Positions 35,741-44,244 are shown, counted from the stretch's first letter. The stretch is 44,244 bases of DNA from Betaproteobacteria bacterium (GCA_016202565.1 JACQOK010000349.1:1-44244), one strand, 5' to 3'. Numbers and translations are program-made. The notes: generated by a model from the letters alone, not told the origin.

Positions 35741-36865
35741 ATGCCCCGAGCGAGTCAAGGGCCGGCGCTCAAACTCGCGGCCATGGGAGATGTCATGCTC
35801 GACCGTGCGGTTGGCAGGCATTTCCGTGACCGGCCTCAGGACTTCCGAATGGAGCGGATATCCAGCCTCCTGCGAAGCTACGATTTGGTCTTCGCGAACC
35901 TGGAGAATCCGGTCGGCCTCAGGGGAATCCCGCATCCCATCCAGCGCCCGCACGTGACGTTCCGTTGCCATCCGGACACTCTCCGGGTGCTGAAGAATCT
36001 CGGTGTCACGGCAGTCTCGCTCGGCAATAACCATATGCTGGATTACGGCCCCGTATCCCTCGTCGAGACGCTGGAGCATCTGGACGCTCACGGCATCAGG
36101 CACGCAGGGGCCGGACGCAACTACGAGGAAGCGAACCGTCCGCTTCTCATGGAAATTAAAGGACGGAAGATCGCCATCCTTGCTTATGCGTTTCTGTATT
36201 CCGCCAGCACGCAGATGGCTACGCGCACCCGGGCGGGTGTAGCGGACCACCGAATCAGGAACATCCTTCCGCGCATCCGTGAACTGGTGCGGCAGGGATA
36301 CCAGGTGCTGGTATCCGCACATTGGGGGAGAGAGTATTCGTTCTACCCGTTGCCGTACCAAATGGCTCAGGCGAGACAAATGATCGGTGAAGGCGCCACG
36401 ATGGTGATCGGGCATGGGCCGCATTACCCGCAGGGAATCGAAAGCTGCCACGGGAGAAGGATCATTTACAGTCTCGGAAATTTCATATTTGATGAACCGT
36501 TTCGCTATGCGAATCGCAGCTTTATATACGGCGCGGCGATCGGGGCCGACAACGCGCTCCTCGACGAGCAGATCGTCCCGGTGCACATCGCCAATCACGT
36601 TCCCGGGCTGGTGGAAAGCAAGGACAAGGAGAGTCTCGAAAAACTGATCGCGAAACTGAGCCGCCTTTATCCGACGCGGAGCAAGAAGTTCTGGCAGATC
36701 CAGAATTCCCTGTATTTTGGCGACATTGTGTCCCGGGTGTCGCATATGAAGTCGCTCAAGTTCCTGCTTCTGCCACCGCTCTCCTTTTACTGGGCGGTCG
36801 GCATCCGTAATTACGCACGCAAGCTGTTGCCGAAGCCGCTCAAACAGCACATCGCTCGAGGATGA
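35741..36865 (+). CDS. CapA/PGA_cap-family metallophosphoesterase-like protein
   Basis: Motifs are AAMGDVMLDR, FANLENP, SLGNNHMLDYG, VSAHWGREY, IGHGPHYPQG and YSLGNFIFD. It starts 3 nt after the ligase stop. Confidence 0.85.
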   Translation: MPRASQGPALKLAAMGDVMLDRAVGRHFRDRPQDFRMERISSLLRSYDLVFANLENPVGLRGIPHPIQRPHVTFRCHPDTLRVLKNLGVTAVSLGNNHMLDYGPVSLVETLEHLDAHGIRHAGAGRNYEEANRPLLMEIKGRKIAILAYAFLYSASTQMATRTRAGVADHRIRNILPRIRELVRQGYQVLVSAHWGREYSFYPLPYQMAQARQMIGEGATMVIGHGPHYPQGIESCHGRRIIYSLGNFIFDEPFRYANRSFIYGAAIGADNALLDEQIVPVHIANHVPGLVESKDKESLEKLIAKLSRLYPTRSKKFWQIQNSLYFGDIVSRVSHMKSLKFLLLPPLSFYWAVGIRNYARKLLPKPLKQHIARG

Positions 36866-37075
36866 ATATCTGCGCCGGACGGACTATCAGTGATGCGAAG
36901 TACATTCGTTCATTCCAGCTCACAATGCGGTGACGTTCCTTTCCTCACATGAGGAGGTTGGAACCCAGGCATCATTCGACCTCGCCAACTGGCGTGAACC
37001 GCACGCCCCGGATCCGGCAGGCGTCACCGTCGGCTCGCCGTGTCGCCGCGAGCATTCCTCCCGCCGGATAATATC

Positions 37076-37081
37076 AAGGAG
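37076..37081 (+). promoter_or_regulatory. Shine-Dalgarno AAGGAG for the ComA-like gene
   Basis: AAGGAG lies 6 nt upstream of ATG 37088, and the 222-nt non-coding gap 36866-37087 precedes it. Confidence 0.6.
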
Positions 37082-37087
37082 ACTCGC

Positions 37088-37918
37088 ATGAACGTACGGC
37101 CCATCAAGGACCAAGGGATCTTGAGCACCGCCGCATTTCTGCGCGCCATCGGTTTGCCGGCGCTCCCCGCGCGCACTCATCCCTTCGACCCCGGCTACGA
37201 TCCGCAAACCGTCATCAGCCACATCGAGCAGTCAGCCCACCTGATGGCAAGCCTGAAAATCTCCATGGCGTGCTGGCTTGTCGGTGCGGAGGAGGCCTAC
37301 CGTGCGAAGATCGATTTCGCGCGTCGGCGCGGCGTGACGACAGTCACCGGCGGCGGGCCGTTCGAGATCGCGGTAGCCCTTGGCAAGCTCGACCACTACC
37401 TCGCGCTCTGCGCCGATATGGGTATCGCCCGTATCGAGGCCGGCCAGGGCTTTACCGATATGCCACTTGCGCCAAAAGAGGTGGCACGTCGCGCGGCCGC
37501 CTTTGGCCTCGGCTTGCAGTTCGAATTGGGCAAGAAGCACGCCGGGGCCTTCGGCGAGGACACCGTCGGCGGCCTTATCGAGCAGGGCAAGGCTTGGCTC
37601 GACGCAGGCGCCGTATACCTCGTGATCGAGGCGCGCGAGAGCGGCGCCGGCATCGGCGTGTTCGACCAGAACGGCCAGTTGAACTGCAATGCCGCCGAAC
37701 GCTTCGTCGAGGCTTTCGGATTCGATCGGGTGGTATTCGAGGCGCCGAATAAGCTGAGCCAGTTCGCGCTGCTTGCGCACTTCGGCGATCGGGTGGCGCT
37801 CTCAAACGTTCGCCTCGAGGAACTGCTGCGCGTCGAGATCTTCCGGCGAGGACTGCACTCCGATGCATTTGACGCGGAAGTGTTCCAGCGGCGCATGGCA
37901 CTTGCCCAGACTGCGTAG
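37088..37918 (+). CDS. comA: (2R)-phospho-3-sulfolactate synthase (ComA) family protein
   Basis: Several blocks match my recollection of archaeal ComA. These are GGGPFEIA (vs GGTLFEYA), ELGKK (vs EVGKK), DAGAVYLVIEARESGAGIGVFDQNGQL (vs DAGADYVIIEGRESGKGKGLFDKEGKV) and VVFEAPNKLSQFALLAHFGDRVALSNVRLEELLRVEIFRRGL. The start is trimmed from track 37040 to ATG 37088. Confidence 0.85.
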   Translation: MNVRPIKDQGILSTAAFLRAIGLPALPARTHPFDPGYDPQTVISHIEQSAHLMASLKISMACWLVGAEEAYRAKIDFARRRGVTTVTGGGPFEIAVALGKLDHYLALCADMGIARIEAGQGFTDMPLAPKEVARRAAAFGLGLQFELGKKHAGAFGEDTVGGLIEQGKAWLDAGAVYLVIEARESGAGIGVFDQNGQLNCNAAERFVEAFGFDRVVFEAPNKLSQFALLAHFGDRVALSNVRLEELLRVEIFRRGLHSDAFDAEVFQRRMALAQTA

Positions 37919-39199
37919 GTGCCCGCGAAACCTATGGCACCACCGGCGAAATCGGACGAACGGCTCGACACCTCGGTCCCCGTCCTGGTCCTCAAGATGC
38001 ACCATGGCAGCCTGGGAATTGCACGCAGCCTTGGTCGTCTCGGCGTCGCGGTCTACGCTCTTAACGCGTCACCCAAGGCGCCGGCGGCACGCTCGCGGTA
38101 CTGGCGAGCGTGCTACGAGTGGGACGTGGAAAACGTTCCGGCACAACGCTCCGTTGAATACCTCCTTGACCTTGCCGGTCGGCTCGGGAAGGGCACGCTT
38201 CTCATCGCCGTTTCCGACCGCACCGCGCTGTTCGTCGCCGAGAACGCCGACGCGCTCAAGGGGCATTTTTGTTTTCCGAACCTCTCGCGCGAGATCGTGA
38301 CGGGCTTCACCAGCAAGAAGGAAATGTACTTCCTTGCGAGGCGGTTGGGCGTTCCCACAGCGGAGACGCGGTTTCCCCAGTCGCGTGAGGAGCTGATCAG
38401 CATGCTGGATCGCACTCGATTCCCGGTCGTCCTGAAGGGCATTGACGGCGCACGGCTCACGGCGCGCGCGGGACGCGCGATGGCGATCGTGCGCAATGCG
38501 GATGAGCTGCTGGAGCAATACGGGCGCATGGAAGATGAAGCAAGCCCCAATCTCATGCTGCAGGAATACATCCCGGGTGGGGAGGACTCCGTCTGGATGT
38601 TCAACGGCTATTTCAATGCCGATGGCAAATGTCTCGTTGGGTTCACCGGGAAAAAGATCCGCCAGAGTCCGGTCTATACCGGTTCCACCTCGCTCGGCAT
38701 CTGCCTGGGCAACGACCGCGTGGCCGAAATCACGTGCGCTTTCATGAAGGCAGTGGGCTACCGAGGCATTCTTGACATCGGCTACCGCTACGACGCGCGT
38801 GATGGACAGTACAAGGTGCTCGACGTCAATCCGCGCATCGGCTCGAGCTTCCGGCTGTTCGTCGACAGGAACGGGCTGGATGTCGTGCGGGCTTTGTATC
38901 GTGATCTGACCGGCCAACCCATGCCGCAGGCTGCGCCCGCCGAAGGCCGCAAGTGGATGGTTGAAGACGCCGACCTCCATTCTTCGTATAAGTACTGGTG
39001 CGACGGCACGCTGAGCCTTGTGGACTGGCTGCGCTCGTTCAAGGGCGTGCGTGAGTGCGCGTGGTTTGCGTCCGACGACTTGCGCCCTTTTTTCCTCATG
39101 TGCCGGGTGTTTTTCGGAAGCGCCGTGCGGTCGCTGGCCGGCAAGCTCATTCCCTCACTGCGCAAGGCCGTTGTCTTCGTGACTGCGTTCTACGCGTGA
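37919..39199 (+). CDS. ATP-grasp ligase of unknown specificity
   Basis: Motifs are KKEMYFLARRLGVPTAET, FPVVLKG, LMLQEYIPGGEDSVWMFNGYF and GILDIGYRYDARDGQYKVLDVNPRIG. GTG 37919 directly follows the ComA-like stop, and ATG 37934 is an alternative start. Confidence 0.8.
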   Translation: MPAKPMAPPAKSDERLDTSVPVLVLKMHHGSLGIARSLGRLGVAVYALNASPKAPAARSRYWRACYEWDVENVPAQRSVEYLLDLAGRLGKGTLLIAVSDRTALFVAENADALKGHFCFPNLSREIVTGFTSKKEMYFLARRLGVPTAETRFPQSREELISMLDRTRFPVVLKGIDGARLTARAGRAMAIVRNADELLEQYGRMEDEASPNLMLQEYIPGGEDSVWMFNGYFNADGKCLVGFTGKKIRQSPVYTGSTSLGICLGNDRVAEITCAFMKAVGYRGILDIGYRYDARDGQYKVLDVNPRIGSSFRLFVDRNGLDVVRALYRDLTGQPMPQAAPAEGRKWMVEDADLHSSYKYWCDGTLSLVDWLRSFKGVRECAWFASDDLRPFFLMCRVFFGSAVRSLAGKLIPSLRKAVVFVTAFYA

Positions 39200-39244
39200 A
39201 TGACGGCGTTCACCCGCAATGTCACGATCCGGGGAGATAACATC

Positions 39245-39985
39245 ATGAAGAGCGTCGTGATCGACTTTTCGCCCGAGAGCGCGGCGCGCTACCGCAGGGA
39301 TTACGCCATGGTCGCGATAGACGTGATCCGCGCCACCACTACGCTCGCCACCGGCGTGGCGTCCGGCCGGCAGTGTTATGTGGCGTCCTCCGTCAAGAGC
39401 GCGTTCGCGCGGGCCGCCCGTCTGGACCACGCCCTTCTGGCGGGCGAGTCGGGCGGCGAAATGCCCGGCGGTTTCGATATCACGAATAGCCCGGCTGCGC
39501 TCGCTCTGCGTGCGGACATCGAGCGCCCGATGGTTCTCCTGTCCTCCACCGGGACCCAGCTTTTGACGAACGCGCGCGGTTGCGAAGCGGTCTACGTCGC
39601 CTGCTTTCGCAATCATCGGGCAACTGCGGAACACCTCGCACGCCACCATGCGCGCGTGGCGGTGATCGGCGCCGGGACCAAAGGTGAGTTCCGGGAGGAA
39701 GACCAGATATGCTGCGCCTGGATTGCCGGCCGCCTGATGTCATGTGGATACGTCGCCGAAAATGCGAGGACTCGCCAGGTCGTGGAGCGCTGGCAAGACG
39801 CGCCGGCGGGACACTGTCTCATCAGCAATAGCGTGGCCTATCTTCGGCGCACCAATCAACTGAATGACCTGGACTTCGTGCTTACGCATGTCGGTGATCT
39901 CGACACGGTGATTGAGCTGGACGACGATCAGGCAGTGCCCGTCGATTCTCAGCCGCTACCGCGCGTGGCCGTCGCAGGGGCCTAG
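39245..39985 (+). CDS. comB: 2-phosphosulfolactate phosphatase (ComB) family protein
   Basis: Motifs are VAIDVIRATTT, LAGESGGEMPGGFDITNSP, LLSSTGTQ and VIGAGTKGEFREEDQICCAWIAG. GGGGAG lies 8 nt upstream of ATG 39245. ATG 39200, directly after the ATP-grasp stop, is the alternative start. Confidence 0.8.
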   Translation: MKSVVIDFSPESAARYRRDYAMVAIDVIRATTTLATGVASGRQCYVASSVKSAFARAARLDHALLAGESGGEMPGGFDITNSPAALALRADIERPMVLLSSTGTQLLTNARGCEAVYVACFRNHRATAEHLARHHARVAVIGAGTKGEFREEDQICCAWIAGRLMSCGYVAENARTRQVVERWQDAPAGHCLISNSVAYLRRTNQLNDLDFVLTHVGDLDTVIELDDDQAVPVDSQPLPRVAVAGA

Positions 39986-40064
39986 CAGCCATGGGGCGAG
40001 ATGGTCCGAAGCGATCAGGCGCTGGCTGCGCGCCATCGACGCGCCTGAACGGGTTCTCACTACA

Positions 40065-40820
40065 ATGACTGGGCACGTGAGCGAAACAGCCTTCTTCTTC
40101 GAGCTGGACGGCGCTCGGGTATTCGCGATCTTGCACCGTCCGGCAACCGGCGTCCCCTCGGCGGGCGTGGTGCTGTGCCACGCGCTCGGCGAGGAGAAGT
40201 ACTGGTCGCATCGCGCCCTGGTCGGGTTAGCACGGGAGCTCTCGCAGGCCGGCGTCGCGGTGCTGCGCTTCGACTTCCGCGGCGAGGGCGACAGCGACCT
40301 CGAGTTCGAGGAATCGGGGATTGCCACCCGCGTCGCCGACGCGGCGCGCGCGGCCGAGGTGCTGCTCGAACGCGAGCCGCAACTTGGCGGCGTCGCGCTT
40401 CTAGGCCACCGGCTGGGCGGCGCGATCGCCGCGGCAGCCGCCGCGCGCCTGGGCGCGCGCGCGCGGGGCGTAGTACTGTGGGACGCGGTGGTCGACGGGC
40501 GTGCCTACCTGCTCGGGCTGCTGCGTTCGACCTTGGCGAGCCGCCTTGCGCTGCTCGGCAGTGCGCCGACGCGTGCCGCGCTGCTCGCCGCGTTCGAGGC
40601 AGGCGAGACCGTGAACATCGAGGGCTACGGCTTCAGCCCGGGCTTCTACCGCGAGTTGGTCGAGCTGCGCCTCGCCGAGCTGCTCTCACGGCTGCGGTGC
40701 CCGTCGGTGACGATCGACCCCTCCGGCGGTCCGGACGCGTGGCGCGAATCCCGGCACCACGTGCAGACGGCGCCGCACGCGGCGCGCCGCACGCGCGAAT
40801 GGCTCGAAGCTTGCGCATGA
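40065..40820 (+). CDS. Alpha/beta-fold protein, 'hydrolase 2' type (Arg at the elbow), paralogue of 12047..12802
   Basis: Track ORF 39912..40820 (TTG start) is trimmed to ATG 40065 (MTGHVSETAFFFELDGARVF). Motifs are VLRFDFRGEGDS, LLGHRLGGAI and VVLWDAVVDGRAYL. It is 251 aa long. Confidence 0.8.
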   Translation: MTGHVSETAFFFELDGARVFAILHRPATGVPSAGVVLCHALGEEKYWSHRALVGLARELSQAGVAVLRFDFRGEGDSDLEFEESGIATRVADAARAAEVLLEREPQLGGVALLGHRLGGAIAAAAAARLGARARGVVLWDAVVDGRAYLLGLLRSTLASRLALLGSAPTRAALLAAFEAGETVNIEGYGFSPGFYRELVELRLAELLSRLRCPSVTIDPSGGPDAWRESRHHVQTAPHAARRTREWLEACA

Positions 40821-41770
40821 CCGCGCGCATCGTCGCCCTGCGCAACCGCTCAGGCCGCAGGCTCCTCGGCATGCTCGACGAGCCCGCGACCCGGAAGGAC
40901 TGCGGGCTCGCCGCGCTGCTCGTCTCTCCTGGGGTCAAGACCCGGGTCGGGCCGCATCGACTGTACCGCAAGCTCGCGCCGGCGTTCCTCTCGCGCGGCG
41001 TGCCGGTGCTGCGCCTCGATCTGGAGGGGTTCGGCGACTCCGAGGGCGCGCCCGGAGCCGAGCGACTCGAGGACATCTACCGCTCGGTCGAGTGCGGCCG
41101 CCACGTGGGCGACGTAGCCTGCGCGCTCGACTGGCTCGAGGCCGAGCTCGGCCTGCGCCGCGTCATCGTCGGCGGGCTGTGCGGCGCGGCGATCACCGGG
41201 CTGCACTCCGCGGCGCGCGACCGGCGCGTTGCCGCGCTCTACGCGATTGGCTTCCCGGTGACCCTGCACGGCGCGCCCGAGCGCCCCGCCCCCTCCTCCG
41301 GCGAGCTGCGCTCCAGGCGCGAGGTCTACCGGCGAAAGCTCTTCGAGCCCGCGGCATGGCTGAGGTTCCTCTCGCTGAAGAGCGACTTCGGCCTCATGCT
41401 GCGCGTCCTCCGGGGGCGTGCCGCGCCGCCGGAGCAGGGCGCAACGCCCGACCTCAATCCGGCCGTCGTTCCGGGGTTCGCGGCGCTTTTCGCCGCGGAC
41501 CGGCGGGCGCTGTTGATCTTCGGCGAGCGCGACCGCCTGCGCTTCGAGTACGAGGAGAAGTTCGCGCAGCCCCACGCCGCCGCGCTCGGGCGCTACGGCA
41601 GGCGGCTCGAGGTGGCGGTCGTCGCCCGCACCAACCATGTGCTCGGCGACCCGGCCGCGGTCGCCGAGGCGATGCGCATCACCGGCGCGTGGTTGGACCA
41701 CCACTTCATGGCCATTTCGCCATTCGCGCCAGATCTTGCGTCATGCCAGCGAACCGCTGCGACCGCGTAG
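40817..41770 (+). CDS. Alpha/beta-fold protein, 'hydrolase 1' type (Cys at the elbow), paralogue of 11166..12065
   Basis: This is the in-frame part of track ORF 40175..41770 starting at ATG 40817 (MTARIVALRNRSGRRLLGMLDEP). ATGA overlaps the upstream stop. Motifs are LRLDLEGFGDS, VGGLCGAAITGL and RTNHVLGD. Confidence 0.8.
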   Translation: MTARIVALRNRSGRRLLGMLDEPATRKDCGLAALLVSPGVKTRVGPHRLYRKLAPAFLSRGVPVLRLDLEGFGDSEGAPGAERLEDIYRSVECGRHVGDVACALDWLEAELGLRRVIVGGLCGAAITGLHSAARDRRVAALYAIGFPVTLHGAPERPAPSSGELRSRREVYRRKLFEPAAWLRFLSLKSDFGLMLRVLRGRAAPPEQGATPDLNPAVVPGFAALFAADRRALLIFGERDRLRFEYEEKFAQPHAAALGRYGRRLEVAVVARTNHVLGDPAAVAEAMRITGAWLDHHFMAISPFAPDLASCQRTAATA

Positions 41771-41817
41771 CCGGATGTCGCCTCCACATCCACAATAATG
41801 CCGTGTCGACGCAACCA

Positions 41818-42087
41818 TCAAATCGCTATGGCGACGCCGGCGGGCGCTGCGCCGTCCATCTTGCCGTTAAGAAAACGAACCAGATTGTTGATGGAGTCAA
41901 GATTCTCGGGCAGAAGTTCTTCGTCCTTCACCTCGATGCCGTAATTGCTCTCGAGGAACGACACCAGCTCCAGCACGCCGGTCGAGTCTATGATGCCTTT
42001 TTGAAGGAAGGAGTCGTCATCGGAAAAATCCAGCTCCCGTCCGAACAGATAGTTCTCAACGACGAATTTGCGCAGCTCGCCTTTCAT
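41818..42087 (-). CDS. Acyl carrier protein (89 aa) of the EPS-locus type
   Basis: The motif is SFLQKGIIDSTGVLELVSFLE (DS-type Ppant site), and the protein is acidic. GC content is lower than in neighbouring genes. Confidence 0.85.
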   Translation of the reverse strand: MKGELRKFVVENYLFGRELDFSDDDSFLQKGIIDSTGVLELVSFLESNYGIEVKDEELLPENLDSINNLVRFLNGKMDGAAPAGVAIAI

Positions 42088-42125
42088 TTTTCGTTTACCT
42101 CTCCATGGATGATCAATTCACCCAG

Positions 42126-42158
42126 CCGGGACGCTGACCGGGACGCTGACCGGGACGC
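42126..42158. repeat. 12-nt tandem repeat ccgggacgctga x2.75 in the leader of the ACP gene
   Basis: Read directly: ccgggacgctga ccgggacgctga ccgggacgc. It lies 39-71 nt upstream of the ACP ATG (42087, minus strand). Confidence 0.8.
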
Positions 42159-42337
42159 AAACAATCCGCTACGGAGCATAACAAAGGCTGTCTTTCTCCA
42201 GCACTTGGCACGCATGGACCAATAGGATCATGGGGGACACCGGCCTGCGGACAACGTCCCGCCACGTGCGTCTTGGCTTGGATAATCGCTAGCCTGTTGA
42301 TGATCCCGGTGTTTTCCTTTTTCAGGTCAGGTCGCCG

Positions 42338-43573
42338 TCACCGGGCCGCGACACCGCGCGCCGCCGTGGACGCACCGGGCGCGCGCCACAGCGCCTCATA
42401 GGCGGCGAGCAGCTTCGGGACCTCGTGGCGCCATTCCAGCTCGTTCTCGACGCGCCGGCGTCCGAATTCCCCCATCCTCACGCGCCGCACGGGATCATCC
42501 AGCAACTCGAGGATCTTTTCAGCAAGGTCGACGGGATCGTTCTTCCTGGCGTAAAGCGACGCCTCCTGCGCTGAATAGCGCCCTTCTGCAAGATCGAACT
42601 GCACGATAGGCTTGCCGAGCGCCATGTATTCCATGATCTTGTTCAACGTGGACTTGTCGTTCATCTCGTTGGCCACATCTGGATTGACGCAGACGTCGGC
42701 AGTATTCAGCACGGCAAGCAGCGCCTTATCCGGCACGCGCCCGGTGAAGGTCACAAACCGGGCAATCCCAAGCTCCGCGGCGAGGGCTTTCATTTGCTCG
42801 AGCGACGTGCCACCGCCCACCAGGCCGAAATGAACATCGGTGCGACGCAGCTCGACCACGATATGGCGAGCAGCGCGGAGAAGATAGTCGATGCCCTCCT
42901 GCTTTCCCATAACACCGACATAGCCCACCAGGTAGCGGCGTCCCCGCTTGAGAGATCGATCGGGAGGCACGAATTTCATACGTTCCAGGCTCGGGCCGCT
43001 GCGCACGACAAACACCCGGTGGGGCGGCATGCGGCCCCGCTCGATGGCGATCTTCCGATAAGAATCATTGGTGGCGATCGACACGTCGGCGGCGCGGAAA
43101 GACCAGCGCTCCAGCTTCAGAAGCAAGCGATAGATGCTGTCGCGCCGCGCGAATTTTGCTTCGTACAGCTCAGGGTTGATGTCGTGATGATCGAAGACAA
43201 ATTTCTTTCCGAGCAGCTTGAAGAATCCACCGATGAGGAAAAACAGGTCCGGGGGGTTGCAGGCATGAATGACATCGAAGCCGCGCTTGAAAAATACTTT
43301 CCAGGCGAGCAGGAACGTCCAGAACAAGGCTGCCGAGTACTCGATCGCGTAGCCTTTCGCGCCTTCCGCCTCCAGCGGCAGATCGTAGCGCCAGATGTGA
43401 ATGCCATCGATAGCCTCGAATTTTCTTTCGCAACCGTGCCCGGTCGGGCAGATGATCGAGACCGTATAACCCGCGTCGCGCAGCGTAGTCGCCTCCTGCC
43501 ACACCCGGCGGTCAAACGGGCTGGGCAGGTTTTCGACCAAAATCAGGACACGTCGGGGGCCGCTTGTAATCAT
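42338..43573 (-). CDS. GT4-family (GT-B) glycosyltransferase
   Basis: Motifs are VLILVENLPSPFDRRVWQEA, FDVIHACNPPD, YVGVMGKQEGIDYL, FTGRV and NKIMEYMALGKPIVQF. Confidence 0.9.
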   Translation of the reverse strand: MITSGPRRVLILVENLPSPFDRRVWQEATTLRDAGYTVSIICPTGHGCERKFEAIDGIHIWRYDLPLEAEGAKGYAIEYSAALFWTFLLAWKVFFKRGFDVIHACNPPDLFFLIGGFFKLLGKKFVFDHHDINPELYEAKFARRDSIYRLLLKLERWSFRAADVSIATNDSYRKIAIERGRMPPHRVFVVRSGPSLERMKFVPPDRSLKRGRRYLVGYVGVMGKQEGIDYLLRAARHIVVELRRTDVHFGLVGGGTSLEQMKALAAELGIARFVTFTGRVPDKALLAVLNTADVCVNPDVANEMNDKSTLNKIMEYMALGKPIVQFDLAEGRYSAQEASLYARKNDPVDLAEKILELLDDPVRRVRMGEFGRRRVENELEWRHEVPKLLAAYEALWRAPGASTAARGVAAR

Positions 43574-43665
43574 GGCGAAGGCACGGCGGAAGTATCGTTG
43601 ACGGTCATCGGTTAGCGCTGGGCGTGGGGCTCACCGCACAGCGGATTGTCGTCGGCATAGTGGCT

Positions 43666-44244
43666 TTACCAGGAGAGGCCCTCGTACACGCCCGAGACAC
43701 TCCGCGAATCGCAGATCCGGACGAAATCGATGAGGGTCTGCCCATCGATCAGGCGCTTCGGAATCTCGCGGAACTCGGGCGCGGCGTTGCCGATGACGAT
43801 GGTCCGCGCATGCGCGAGAATCTCCTCGATGCTCTGCACCATCAGCCGCGAGATATGCGGAATATGGTTCAGGATGTAATCCCGGTTGGCGCCGTGGATG
43901 CTCGCAAGACGGACGTTGCTGTCATACACCCGCAGGTCGAAACCTTTCCCGATCAGCCGCTCGGTCAGTTCCACCACCGGACTTTCGCGCAGGTCGTCGG
44001 TGGCCGCCTTGAAACTGAAACCCAGGATGCCGACCTTCCGGCTGCCTTTCTCCATGACGGCGCGCACGCCACGTTCGATTTGCTGCTCGTTGCTCGGCAG
44101 GATGGCGCTGAGGATGGGCAGCGAGAGATCGAGCCTCTTCGCCTTGTAGAGCAGCGCACGAAGATCCTTGGGCAGACACGAGCCACCGAAAGCAAAACCC
44201 GGCTTCAGATAGTAGGCAGAGAGGTTGAGCTTGGTGTCCTGGCA
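43666..44244 (-). CDS. GDP-mannose 6-dehydrogenase-like nucleotide-sugar dehydrogenase; 3' part only, with the 5' end beyond the window
   Basis: The frame is open to the window edge (CQDTKLNLSAYYLKPGFAFGGSCLPKDL.., catalytic Cys motif). Further motifs are GFSFKAATDDLRESPVVEL..LIGKGFDLRVYD and HGANRDYILNHIPHIS, which resemble AlgD as I recall it. Confidence 0.85.
   Translation of the reverse strand, partial: CQDTKLNLSAYYLKPGFAFGGSCLPKDLRALLYKAKRLDLSLPILSAILPSNEQQIERGVRAVMEKGSRKVGILGFSFKAATDDLRESPVVELTERLIGKGFDLRVYDSNVRLASIHGANRDYILNHIPHISRLMVQSIEEILAHARTIVIGNAAPEFREIPKRLIDGQTLIDFVRICDSRSVSGVYEGLSW

Noticed and set aside
40175-41770. A single 531-aa ORF spans both hydrolase genes.
   Set aside because: The first 214 codons are an out-of-frame read-through of the hydrolase 2 gene (RRG-rich). 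Family-like sequence begins only at ATG 40817, which overlaps the upstream TGA.
41773-41791. A hairpin ggatgt-N7-acatcc lies between the convergent hydrolase 1 and ACP genes and could be a bidirectional terminator.
   Set aside because: The stem is only 6 bp and there is no flanking T or A run, which is too weak to call.
42126-42158. The tandem 12-mer was considered as a possible CRISPR or minisatellite.
   Set aside because: There are fewer than 3 contiguous copies, with no spacers and no cas genes. It is reported only as a short tandem repeat.

Overview
High-GC (roughly 65% by eye), densely coding bacterial chromosomal window. I saw no rRNA, tRNA, CRISPR array, transposase or integrase. All calls rest on motifs read from the translated ORF track; no search was run. 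(1) 1-8.2 kb holds regulation and storage genes: a MASE1/3xPAS sensor kinase whose stop overlaps the glgA start, a convergent C-terminally short glgC-like gene, and a NarL-type response regulator with a REC-fused HisKA_3 kinase. (2) 8.2-11.2 kb is a decayed stretch: an SGNH hydrolase pseudogene, an intact SAM methyltransferase and a heparinase II/III C-terminal fragment. (3) 11.2-30.4 kb on the minus strand is a tightly coupled 11-gene hybrid PKS/NRPS line. Its order is PPTase, DH-FkbH(with embedded FkbM MT)-T loader, FkbM MT, 3-hydroxyacyl-CoA DH, ACP, acyl-CoA DH, stand-alone A domain (Ser-like code), KS-AT-KR-T, and C-A(Gly-like code)-T. It has no TE and ends in two alpha/beta-fold proteins. 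(4) 30.8-44.2 kb is an exopolysaccharide-type locus resembling the exosortase A accessory cassette. It holds a carrier protein, a NadE-like protein, AsnB, an acyl-CoA ligase, a CapA-like protein, ComA-like/ATP-grasp/ComB-like genes, a second hydrolase 2/hydrolase 1 pair, an ACP, a GT4 and a partial GDP-mannose dehydrogenase. The main hunt result is that the assembly line appears grafted onto that poorly understood acyl-carrier/hydrolase cassette through a duplicated hydrolase pair with non-serine nucleophile elbows. A sulfolactate-type cassette sits inside the same locus.
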